A stretch of 26,963 nt of DNA from a virus (taxonomy: Duplodnaviria > Caudoviricetes): positions 1-26,963 of IMG/VR virus record IMGVR_UViG_3300034025_000005; one strand, 5' to 3'. Positions 1 to 7,024 of the stretch are shown piece by piece (position 1 is the stretch's first letter; each line of letters opens with the position of its first letter). The translations under genes and the position numbers were made by a program. The notes below the pieces were generated by a model that saw nothing but the letters and a program-made list of their open reading frames with translations, ran no database searches and had not been told where the DNA came from.

Positions 1-84
1 GAAGATCGAATTGACATGCTGTGCGACCAACTGGTATGCGCTGCAATGGCCGCACCGGCAACCAGTAACGGGAGCAAAGCATGA
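1..84 (+). CDS. 3' end of an upstream phage hypothetical protein (partial)
   Basis: Frame 1 is open from base 1 (EDRIDMLCDQLVCAAMAAPATSNGSKA*). Its TGA overlaps the next ATG (ATGA at 81-84). Confidence 0.55.
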   Translation, partial: EDRIDMLCDQLVCAAMAAPATSNGSKA

Positions 85-353
85 GCGACATGGCCGCGAA
101 GTACCCGAAGTACTACAAGCGCGTTCCCGAAGGCGTGACCGTGATCGACACCTACGAGCTCAACAATATGTTCCCAGTTGACGACCCGACCGGATGCATC
201 TTGCACGCTCGCAAGAAGTTGCTCGTTCCCGGCACGCGCACCGGCGGCAAGTCCATGTACGACGACATCAAGGAAGCCCGCGACACGCTCAGCCGCTGGC
301 TTGAGATCAACGCGGGAAGCGATTTGGCAACCAGTGGAGGCGGCAATGGCTGA
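81..353 (+). CDS. Conserved phage hypothetical protein (DUF3310/SaV-like), 90 aa
   Basis: GGGAG RBS. The pattern IDTY...DP...HARKKLL.PG.R.G.K....DIKEARD.L.R resembles a widespread small phage protein family. Confidence 0.7.
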   Translation: MSDMAAKYPKYYKRVPEGVTVIDTYELNNMFPVDDPTGCILHARKKLLVPGTRTGGKSMYDDIKEARDTLSRWLEINAGSDLATSGGGNG

Positions 354-702
354 TGACCGTATGCGGAACTATGACGCAATGATGGGCGCCACTCCAGCGT
401 CCCCGGTAGCAGACGATGGGCTGCCGCCGCTGCCGAAGGCATTGTGCCGCGACGATACCGAGCACTATGTCGACTACTACAGCGCAGACCAGTTGCGCCA
501 GGCACAGCGCGAATCCTACGAGGCTGGGCGTCAGGCCGGCAAGCCGAATGGCTGGAAGCTGGTTCCTGTTGAGCCCACTCAGGCCATGATCACAGCAGGC
601 TACTCCCGGAACCTTGAGTTAGGCGGCGCTAAGAGAAGCCCCGACGAAACATATCGAGCCATGCTAACCGCGGCACCTCAGCCACAAAAGGACGACACAT
701 GA
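346..702 (+). CDS. Phage early-region hypothetical protein (Eaa/DUF551-like mosaic), 118 aa
   Basis: ATG at 346 follows GGAGG. The GWKLVPVEPTQAMITAG...YRAMLTAAPQP segment is typical of lambdoid early-left mosaic proteins. Confidence 0.7.
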   Translation: MADDRMRNYDAMMGATPASPVADDGLPPLPKALCRDDTEHYVDYYSADQLRQAQRESYEAGRQAGKPNGWKLVPVEPTQAMITAGYSRNLELGGAKRSPDETYRAMLTAAPQPQKDDT

Positions 703-899
703 ACAACCGCACCGAAAAGCGCCGCAAGAACCGCGCACCGTTCTACGACGACACCGTTGACCGCCGAGAGGCGATAGACCGGCGAGATCAGCCGATCGTG
801 GCGAGCAAGAGCGCTATGCCGGGGATGATCCGGCCAGGCGTAGGGGATGACGTGCCGGCGCTTGAGCGTAGGCGGATGCCGGGCAGCGGGGATGAATAG
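699..899 (+). CDS. Small Arg-rich hypothetical protein, 66 aa
   Basis: ATGA overlap with the upstream gene, AAGGA RBS, repeated KRR/DRR/ERR motifs. Confidence 0.6.
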   Translation: MNNRTEKRRKNRAPFYDDTVDRREAIDRRDQPIVASKSAMPGMIRPGVGDDVPALERRRMPGSGDE

Positions 900-908
900 G
901 AGAGGACG

Positions 909-1187
909 ATGTTGCCATATGTGACAATTTCAAAATTTGCAGCAGAGTCAGGGTATTCCGAAGATGCCATCCGGGCCAAGATCCGCGACGGCATCTGGCC
1001 GAAGGACAGAGTTTGGATGCATGCACCAGATGGGCGAGTGCTAATAATTACAGAGGGGTATCAAGAATGGGTCGAGACGGGCGGGGTGTTAAAGCTGCAT
1101 CGGAAAGTAGCATCGAAATCAGCTTTACCTATAAGGGCGTCCGCTGCCGGGAAAGGGTCCCACTTAAGCCCACCGCCGCTAACCTGA
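909..1187 (+). CDS. xis: Excisionase / recombination directionality factor
   Basis: AGGAGAGG RBS. Winged-HTH-like YVTISKFAAESGYSEDAIRAKIRDGIW..RVW..APDGRVLI. Lies directly upstream of and overlaps the integrase. Confidence 0.8.
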   Translation: MLPYVTISKFAAESGYSEDAIRAKIRDGIWPKDRVWMHAPDGRVLIITEGYQEWVETGGVLKLHRKVASKSALPIRASAAGKGSHLSPPPLT

Positions 1188-2251
1188 AGCGAGCCGAGCA
1201 GCACCGCGCGGCGATCTTGCATGCTATTTCGCATGACGCGTTCAACTACCGGGCGTCGTTTCCGGACTCGAAGATAGCAGCGCGATTCGAGGCAGCAACC
1301 GCGGCGCCCGGTGAATTGGTCACGGTAGGCGATTATCTAGACAAGTGGCTTGACCGCCAGAAGCAGGAGCGAAAGGCCAGCACGTATGATACCTACCGAA
1401 AGATCGTGATCGGCAAGTTGGATCCGTGGTTCGGCAAGTTCAAGCTGTCCGAGTTGAAGCGCAAGGATGTGCGCGAGCAGCTGGCGACGTACCCGGCAGG
1501 CAACAAGACGCTGGGGAACATCCAGAGCGTGCTACGCGCGGCGCTTGAGTCGGCCGTCGAAGATGATCTGATCGAAGTGAATCCTTTGGCCGGCTACACG
1601 TACCGCAAGAAAGAGGCGCCCAGTACCGACGAGATCGACCCGTTCGACCGCGTAGAGCAGTCGGCCATCCTAGCTGCACTGGACGGGCAGGGCCGAAACT
1701 TGGTGCAGTTTGCGTTCTGGACAGGCATGCGCACATCTGAGTTGGTGGCCCTAGACTGGGGTGACGTTGATTTCCTTCGGGGCATGGTGCGGGTGTCGCG
1801 CGCGCAGACTCAACATGCAGACGCACCCGAGGCGCCGAAGACGGCATCAGGCAGACGCGAGATCAAGCTGCTCGACATGGCCCTAGAGGCGTTGACAGCG
1901 CAGAAGGCGCATACATACCTTGCCGGGAAGGAAGTATTCCAGAATCCGCAGACGCTGGAACGGTGGGCCGGAGATCAGCCGATCAGGAAGACGTTGTGGA
2001 CATGGGCGCTCAAACGTGCGGGAGTGCGATACCGCTACCCCTACCAGACCCGCCACACGTACGCCAGCATGATGTTGTCGTCTGGCGAGCATCCGATGTG
2101 GGTAGCGCAGCAGATGGGGCATGCCGACTGGTCGATGATTATCCGGCGTTACGGTCGCTGGATGCCCGATGCGGACGATCAGGCAGGGAGTCGAGCGGAA
2201 GCGGTCTACGGAAAGAAAAAGGACGCCGCGAAGATATCCGGGGCGTCCTAA
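1067..2251 (+). CDS. int: Tyrosine integrase with N-terminal arm-binding (DUF3596-like) domain, 394 aa
   Basis: ATG at 1067 follows GAGGGG. Catalytic motifs TGMR, PKT, YQTRHTYAS, MGH, RRYG. N-terminal ISFTYKGVRCRE arm domain. Confidence 0.95.
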   Translation: MGRDGRGVKAASESSIEISFTYKGVRCRERVPLKPTAANLKRAEQHRAAILHAISHDAFNYRASFPDSKIAARFEAATAAPGELVTVGDYLDKWLDRQKQERKASTYDTYRKIVIGKLDPWFGKFKLSELKRKDVREQLATYPAGNKTLGNIQSVLRAALESAVEDDLIEVNPLAGYTYRKKEAPSTDEIDPFDRVEQSAILAALDGQGRNLVQFAFWTGMRTSELVALDWGDVDFLRGMVRVSRAQTQHADAPEAPKTASGRREIKLLDMALEALTAQKAHTYLAGKEVFQNPQTLERWAGDQPIRKTLWTWALKRAGVRYRYPYQTRHTYASMMLSSGEHPMWVAQQMGHADWSMIIRRYGRWMPDADDQAGSRAEAVYGKKKDAAKISGAS

Positions 2252-2253
2252 TC

Positions 2254-2436
2254 AAGCTGCCATTATGTTGTCATTACCGAGGCGTTTTAAGGCCATTTGA
2301 CACCATCTACAGCAACATCAAGAACGTAAGTCCTTGATTTTAAAGCATGCGGTGGTGGAGGCGGAGGGAATCGAACCCTCCGCATTCCAGCATCCATGCG
2401 GGTTTCAAGCGGCATGTTGGCGGAATGCTGTCATTT
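2254..2436. promoter_or_regulatory. attP arm-type repeats and IHF site flanking the att core
   Basis: Related 12-mers: AAGCTGCCATTA 2254-2265, ATGTTGTCATTA 2265-2276, inverted ATGGTGTCAAAT 2295-2306 and ATGCTGTCATTT 2425-2436. AATCAAGGACTTA on the - strand at 2327-2339 matches the IHF consensus WATCAANNNNTTR. Confidence 0.6.
2353..2380 (-). other. attP core: duplicated 3' end of tmRNA (ssrA) or a tRNA-Ala-type RNA
   Basis: The - strand reads GAGGGTTCGATTCCCTCCGCCTCCACCA: T-arm, acceptor strand with U70, discriminator A and CCA. No 5' half of an RNA gene is present. It lies ~100 bp downstream of int. Confidence 0.85.
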
Positions 2437-2817
2437 CATGCGCTTGCCGCGCTCGGCAGCAGCGCGGACAACTTGTCTTTTAATGATGCCAAGTTTTTCA
2501 GCATTGGCACACTCCGGATGTGCGGCCAGCACCTCCCCGGATTTACTCGTCACGGACGGGCCATACCCGCTGGTAACAATGGTCAAGTCGAGCGAAGCCG
2601 CCAACTCAAGCGTATCATCGCTAAACAGCAGCGGGTTCCAGTTGAGCTTAGTTGATCCGCCCTCGAAGTGCAGGTTGACCCACTCTTCGCCGTCGATTTC
2701 CTCGACACGTACAGCACCGATAGCACGCGCGGCCAGTTGGAGCAGCTTGAGGTCGCCCGCTGAGATCTGTCGGCGGGGCCCTGGCGGTAACTCGTCTACT
2801 GTATCATCGTCAAACAT
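2431..2817 (-). CDS. Phage hypothetical protein, 128 aa
   Basis: AGGAG RBS, TAAACT -10-like box at 2844-2839, and a WNPL..D...LA..L pattern seen in small phage proteins. Confidence 0.65.
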   Translation of the reverse strand: MFDDDTVDELPPGPRRQISAGDLKLLQLAARAIGAVRVEEIDGEEWVNLHFEGGSTKLNWNPLLFSDDTLELAASLDLTIVTSGYGPSVTSKSGEVLAAHPECANAEKLGIIKRQVVRAAAERGKRMK

Positions 2818-2852
2818 GGCATCTCCTGTGATGCAGATAGTTTACGCCTACG

Positions 2853-3083
2853 CTAGAGCTTTGGCTGCTCTTTTACAACTGGCTCTTCACCCAACAGGGC
2901 TTGTAGATGCTCGGCCAGCATCTTGGCTGTCGATGAGGTTGCATCTTGGCGGAAGTAGTCATGCGTCCGCAGTGTCAGCGCACGCAAACGCTTGATCTCC
3001 CAGAGGAGCGTCCGGACGTCGGTGGAGTAGAGGTTGCGGGACTGGATCGCCTGGATCTGTTCGCGGGTGAGTGGCGGTTTCAT
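2853..3083 (-). CDS. Hypothetical protein, 76 aa (probably leaderless mRNA)
   Basis: LTREQI.AIQ.R....DVR.LLWEIKRLRAL motif. Extended -10 TGcTAAACT (3098-3090) ends 6 nt before the ATG and there is no RBS. Confidence 0.65.
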   Translation of the reverse strand: MKPPLTREQIQAIQSRNLYSTDVRTLLWEIKRLRALTLRTHDYFRQDATSSTAKMLAEHLQALLGEEPVVKEQPKL

Positions 3084-3197
3084 CGGGCGAGTTTAGCACC
3101 GGGTCCGCAGGCAGGATCAGCTTGCCGTCGACCAGTTGCGCGACGAGTTGCCGACCCTGCGGCGTGATGGCGTGGAACTCGATCATGGCGTCGCACC

Positions 3198-3234
3198 AAA
3201 AGAAAACGCCCATGAGTTGCAGATCATGGGCGTT
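3198..3234 (-). terminator. Intrinsic terminator (end of late operon and of the putative sRNA)
   Basis: 11-bp stem AACGCCCATGA/TCATGGGCGTT followed by TTCTTTT on the - strand. Confidence 0.8.
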
Positions 3235-3300
3235 ATCAAGAAGCCAAGGTTGCAGTCCTTGGCCCTCTCTTGCTGCTTGCGCATGTAGGCACATGCTAGG
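3198..3300 (-). ncRNA. Putative ~100-nt structured small RNA with two CUGCAAC loops
   Basis: Bounded by a sigma70 promoter and an intrinsic terminator. Three hairpins at 3281-3296, 3243-3263 and 3205-3234. Confidence 0.55.
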
Positions 3301-3306
3301 TGGACG

Positions 3307-3335
3307 AGTTTACGCCTGAGTATCGACATTTGCAA
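3307..3335 (-). promoter_or_regulatory. sigma70-type promoter
   Basis: TTGCAA-N17-TAAACT, immediately after the Rz stop codon. Confidence 0.6.
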
Positions 3336-3337
3336 GT

Positions 3338-3868
3338 TCATGGCTCAGCCTCCGCAAAGCCGTGCGACTTGAGCCAGTCCTGCAGCGCCGCGATCTTGGC
3401 AAGCAGTCGGGCTATTTCTCGGTCGGCATCTTCTGCGAGGTCGCGAATACCCCGCTCAACCGTGTTTGGTAGCTCGACTTGCTCGACGTCTCCCGCTCCA
3501 TCAGCGATGATGGCACCTGCGGCCTGGCCGGCTGTGGCAGGGCAATTACGTCGGGGGATTGCGATGCGCAGCCGGTCACGGTCAGCAGCAGCACGCTCAG
3601 CAGTAATGCGGTCATCGGCTTCATGGAGTTTCCTTTGTTGTTCGGCGAGCACGGTTCGGGTGGCTGCGATGTCCTTTTCGTGCGCCTCGTCGTTCTTGGC
3701 GACAGCTTCGAGCACGGCGAGCTTCTGCGCTTCGGCCATCGCCAGCTTTTCACGGTTCCAGCTGGCTTGCATGCTCTCAACGCCGGCATGGTGGCCGACG
3801 CTCCAAGCGATGCCCAGCGCTGCGATCAGGCCGAGCACGCCGATCAGCAGGCGTTCTAGGCTGCTCAT
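3338..3868 (-). CDS. Rz: Inner-membrane spanin (Rz-like), 176 aa
   Basis: N-terminal TM (LLIGVLGLIAALGIAWSV), coiled-coil body, LRI motif, C-terminal IAALQDW. ATGA-coupled to the holin and contains an embedded lipoprotein gene. Confidence 0.85.
   Translation of the reverse strand: MSSLERLLIGVLGLIAALGIAWSVGHHAGVESMQASWNREKLAMAEAQKLAVLEAVAKNDEAHEKDIAATRTVLAEQQRKLHEADDRITAERAAADRDRLRIAIPRRNCPATAGQAAGAIIADGAGDVEQVELPNTVERGIRDLAEDADREIARLLAKIAALQDWLKSHGFAEAEP
3412..3624 (-). CDS. Rz1: Outer-membrane spanin lipoprotein (Rz1-like), embedded in Rz, 70 aa
   Basis: AAAGGA RBS. Signal peptide and lipobox MKPMTALLLSVLLLTVTG-C, then the Pro-rich LPQPARPQVP. Alternative frame inside Rz. Confidence 0.85.
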   Translation of the reverse strand: MKPMTALLLSVLLLTVTGCASQSPDVIALPQPARPQVPSSLMERETSSKSSYQTRLSGVFATSQKMPTEK

Positions 3869-4065
3869 GGCTTGACCTCGTCCGGGAATGCAATCTTGAT
3901 GAAAGCCGATGCAATGCCGCCAAGGCCGGCCGCTTGGCCCCAATCGAGATTGGCCGCCCACTTCGCCCCGGTCAGGGTCAGCAGGAACCCGATGCCCTGC
4001 CACGTGGATGGCTCACTCAGCCGTGCAACGAGGTATTCCACAGCGGTACGGATACGGTCTTTCAT
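3865..4065 (-). CDS. Putative holin (two TM segments), 66 aa
   Basis: RLSEPSTWQG motif, two hydrophobic segments, located between endolysin and Rz with ATGA overlaps. Confidence 0.7.
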   Translation of the reverse strand: MKDRIRTAVEYLVARLSEPSTWQGIGFLLTLTGAKWAANLDWGQAAGLGGIASAFIKIAFPDEVKP

Positions 4066-4532
4066 GCGAGTTGCCCTCCTGCTTTCAGGTATGCCCGGCG
4101 CAGATCAACCAAGGCGTTCTCGTGCTGCCCGTAGCCCGCGCCGGGAAGTGATGCCCACGTGCCCCGGCATTTCGTGGCCGCGATGTCGAAGCGGCCGGCC
4201 TCGATGTCAGCCAGCGCGCCACGCTCGCGGATCTGCTGTACGGCGATCGCGTCTTGGCTGGCTGGCGAGAAGTCGCGCAGGCCGAGTTGCTTCTTGTACG
4301 GGTCGAAATAGCGCGCGAGCAGCTGGTAGCGGCCGGCGGCGGTTGACTTGATGCCGAGCCGAGGCAGATCGATCAGCTGGCGCGGATGGTCGACGTAGCT
4401 CGAGAACAGGCGCGGGTGGTCTGCCGTGCTGCCGACGAGGACGTTGTAGCCGTTGTCAGACGCCGCCAGCAGGCGGGCGCCGATCTCGCTCGTAGCGATT
4501 GTGGTAAGGAAGGCTCTCAGGTTCGGAGTCAT
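4062..4532 (-). CDS. Endolysin, lambda R-type lytic transglycosylase, 156 aa
   Basis: NLRAFL..IATSE (catalytic Glu), GYNVLVG, STAAGRYQLL, DFSPASQD, WASLPGAGYGQHE. Confidence 0.95.
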   Translation of the reverse strand: MTPNLRAFLTTIATSEIGARLLAASDNGYNVLVGSTADHPRLFSSYVDHPRQLIDLPRLGIKSTAAGRYQLLARYFDPYKKQLGLRDFSPASQDAIAVQQIRERGALADIEAGRFDIAATKCRGTWASLPGAGYGQHENALVDLRRAYLKAGGQLA

Positions 4533-4789
4533 GGCCCGATCCTCGGTGCGTGCTGCACGATCCACGACAGAGCGGCGCCAACGCTCGTCGCAGCGCCGCC
4601 GACGATCATCATGGTTCGCCACCCGCCGCGAGCCTCCGAAAGAGTAAGCAGCACTTGATCGAGCTTGGCGGTCAGTTGCTGGTTACTCTCTTGGAGTTCG
4701 GCCATTCCCTTGGTTAGGCTGCCGACTTGTACTTCAAGGCGGGCGATGTTAATACGCGCTGTTGCTAGCGCTTCTGCTTGGTCGAGCAT
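4529..4789 (-). CDS. Coiled-coil protein with C-terminal TM (XhlA-like holin/antiholin candidate), 86 aa
   Basis: Heptad region IARLEVQVGSL...LTAKLDQVL, then GGWRTMMIVGGAATSVGAALSWIV. ATGA overlap with the endolysin. Confidence 0.7.
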   Translation of the reverse strand: MLDQAEALATARINIARLEVQVGSLTKGMAELQESNQQLTAKLDQVLLTLSEARGGWRTMMIVGGAATSVGAALSWIVQHAPRIGP

Positions 4790-4802
4790 TCGGCAAGCCC
4801 AT

Positions 4803-4825
4803 AAAAAAACCTGCCGAAGCAGGTT
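4803..4825 (-). terminator. Intrinsic terminator before the lysis cassette
   Basis: AACCTGC-TTCG-GCAGGTT followed by a T-run. A second small hairpin CTGCC-AAAA-GGCAG lies near 4846-4859. Confidence 0.75.
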
Positions 4826-4865
4826 GGTGGAAGAACGGAGACCGCCTGCCAAAAGGCAGTTCGGG

Positions 4866-6572
4866 TTATGTTGCGAGGTCAAGCATGAGGGGCGCGAACG
4901 GCACGCCATTGCGGAAAGCCTTGTCGAGTAGCGGCGAGCCGACCAGTGCGACGAACGATTCACTGACCAGCGCGTCGGCGGTCTTATCGCCGTTCACGCC
5001 GGCCGAGAGCAGCGCCGGCGCCGGAGATCCGCTGGCATTCGTCGCCAACGTACCGATCTGCTTGGGGCAGGCCGGGTCGTAGCAGTTGCCGCTGATCCCG
5101 TCAGTGCTCGCTGCGGCGATCGCGTAGACCGTCTGCCGCTTGAACACGTTTCCGGTGAGCTCGACGCCTGAGCAGAGCGAGTCCGGACGGATGCCGCCAG
5201 TCCCGCCGATGATCGTGTTGTAAGCGATGACGGTGCGCGAGCCGGCTGTTTTCGACAGGCCAATGGCCGGCATGCCCAGCAGTACCGGAGAGGTGCGCCG
5301 ATTCTTGTAGCTGCCCAGGCCACAATCGATGATGTGGTTACCGATCACCATGTTGCCGCCCGTGTCCGATGGCGCCGCGCTCCCGCCGTAGAACTGGATG
5401 CCGTTCCCTTCGGTGCCGCGGATCAGGTTGCCGTAGACCTGGCAGCAGCTTGTCGCGTCGTCCAAGCCAATGCCAACGCCTTCCGTGGCATTGTCGACGG
5501 GCCCGCCCCAGTTCTTGGCATAGCTCGCATCATTGAACCTCACCACGTGGCCCGTACAGGCGTCCAGCTGGCCGGCGCCCGACAACTCGATGCCGCGCCC
5601 GTAGAAGGGCGACAGGTTGCGGCCGGCCCAGCGACACATGTTCCACTCGATCAGGCAGCCGGAAGACGGCAGGGTCGAGTTGCCGGTAATGTGCAGGCCG
5701 AACGAGCCGCAATGATCGAGTGTGTTGTGATGCACCCAGGCGCCATTCACGCTTGCCAGGAACACGCCGTCGACCAGATTGGCGACATCGTTGCCGGCGA
5801 TGATGATGCTCGCCGCTACGGTGCTGGTGGGGCCGAACAGCGATGCGCCGGCGCCGTTGTTGATGAAGATGCCCGCCTTGTCCGCGTGCGGCGTCGGCTG
5901 GCCGCTGACGGTCCGGATCGTATTGTTCGTGATCTGAATGCTCGTGATCGGCACCGCGGCGGCAACCTTAATCGCGTGCGTGCCGAGCTTGCCACCGTCG
6001 CCCACATAGATCGTGTTGCCGTCGATGACGTTGTCGTCCAAGGCCAATGAGCCGCCCAGCACGATCGCATCCATGGCGGCCGTCGTCGTGACTGCAGTCG
6101 CGCACGTGATCGTGTTGCGCAGGATTTGCACCCGACTGCACTTCTCGCCGTAGAGCGCAGTCAGGTTCGTGCTCAGCACGCAATCGGAGATCTCGACGTC
6201 GCTACCAACCCACATTATGGGCGTGTCGCTGGCGATGGTCGTACGCGCGCAGCGGATGTCGACGTTCGACCACTTCGTGAACGTCTTCGGGCTGTTGACG
6301 CCGCCCGGCATGATCGTGTTGCCAATATCAATGATGGGCAGCGGCAGGGAGGCATTATCCGAACCATCAGCGTTTGCGTAGGATGTGATGGTCGTCACAT
6401 TCCCGCTCGTGCCGCTTGTCAGGCTCGGGAACGACCCGGTCCAAGTCGTGCCGCGTTTCTGCTTGTAGACGTTGCCGGCGCCGGTCGGCACACCGGTCCA
6501 CGTATTGCGCGGACTGGCAAGCGACCCATCGCCATTCGTCATTGCGCTGGGGTCGATGTAGATCGTGGTCAT
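4866..6572 (-). CDS. Right-handed parallel beta-helix protein, putative tailspike/polysaccharide depolymerase, 568 aa
   Basis: N-terminal IYIDPSA.TNGDGS.ASP.NT motif and many PbH1-like repeats (I..NTI, I.GN.I, V.HN). ATGA-coupled to the tail-fiber-associated gene. Confidence 0.8.
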   Translation of the reverse strand: MTTIYIDPSAMTNGDGSLASPRNTWTGVPTGAGNVYKQKRGTTWTGSFPSLTSGTSGNVTTITSYANADGSDNASLPLPIIDIGNTIMPGGVNSPKTFTKWSNVDIRCARTTIASDTPIMWVGSDVEISDCVLSTNLTALYGEKCSRVQILRNTITCATAVTTTAAMDAIVLGGSLALDDNVIDGNTIYVGDGGKLGTHAIKVAAAVPITSIQITNNTIRTVSGQPTPHADKAGIFINNGAGASLFGPTSTVAASIIIAGNDVANLVDGVFLASVNGAWVHHNTLDHCGSFGLHITGNSTLPSSGCLIEWNMCRWAGRNLSPFYGRGIELSGAGQLDACTGHVVRFNDASYAKNWGGPVDNATEGVGIGLDDATSCCQVYGNLIRGTEGNGIQFYGGSAAPSDTGGNMVIGNHIIDCGLGSYKNRRTSPVLLGMPAIGLSKTAGSRTVIAYNTIIGGTGGIRPDSLCSGVELTGNVFKRQTVYAIAAASTDGISGNCYDPACPKQIGTLATNASGSPAPALLSAGVNGDKTADALVSESFVALVGSPLLDKAFRNGVPFAPLMLDLAT

Positions 6573-7024
6573 GCCGGAATCACCCAGATTGCTGCCTGCG
6601 CTTGCATGGCCAAGACAAGCGCCTGCTCCAGCTCAGCCTTAGTTACCGTTACGGCCGAGTTGTCACGCAAGACCCACGTGCAGGATGCCTGTCCGGTGAG
6701 GTCGGATACCTTGAGGGCGCGCACCATGCGGGTCTGGCTCGTCTCGTCGCCGTCGAACACTTTTCCGTTCACGGTCACGGCGATCGCATCGACCGCCGAT
6801 TGACGGGCCTGCTTCAGTTCGTCGCGCGTCGGTGGCGGTGGTGGTACTGGCGGGATGCGCTCGACACCCAAGTGCTCGGAGTTCATGCGATACGACGGCC
6901 AGTCGATGCGCACATCGTTGTCGACTGCGACCCATGGCGTGCCGTCGTCGGGCGGTTCCTGCATGAACCCGCCGAGCAATTCACCAGTGGCCGGATCAAA
7001 CGTGACATAAGAGACGATCATCAT
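6569..7024 (-). CDS. Tail-fiber-associated protein (DUF4376-like), 151 aa
   Basis: Poly-Pro linker, then LKQAR..AV.AI.VTVNGKVFDGDE.SQTRM...W.L.DN. Follows the fiber gene. Confidence 0.75.
   Translation of the reverse strand: MMIVSYVTFDPATGELLGGFMQEPPDDGTPWVAVDNDVRIDWPSYRMNSEHLGVERIPPVPPPPPTRDELKQARQSAVDAIAVTVNGKVFDGDETSQTRMVRALKVSDLTGQASCTWVLRDNSAVTVTKAELEQALVLAMQAQAAIWVIPA

Noticed and set aside
2035-2060. Integrase has YxxR instead of HxxR
   Set aside because: PYQTRHT is normal in this integrase subfamily and does not indicate inactivation.
2347-2400. Complete tRNA or tmRNA gene; ORF 2347..2655 (WWRRRESNP)
   Set aside because: Only the T-arm and acceptor 3' strand are present. The peptide is the familiar translation of an antisense tRNA-like end.
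2959-3294. 111-aa - strand ORF spanning the hairpin region
   Set aside because: It crosses an intrinsic terminator, has no RBS and overlaps the better-supported 76-aa gene.
3869-4963. Longer N-terminal extensions in the ORF track for Rz, endolysin and the 86-aa gene
   Set aside because: They overlap neighbouring genes or a terminator. The internal starts chosen give ATGA coupling or family-typical lengths.
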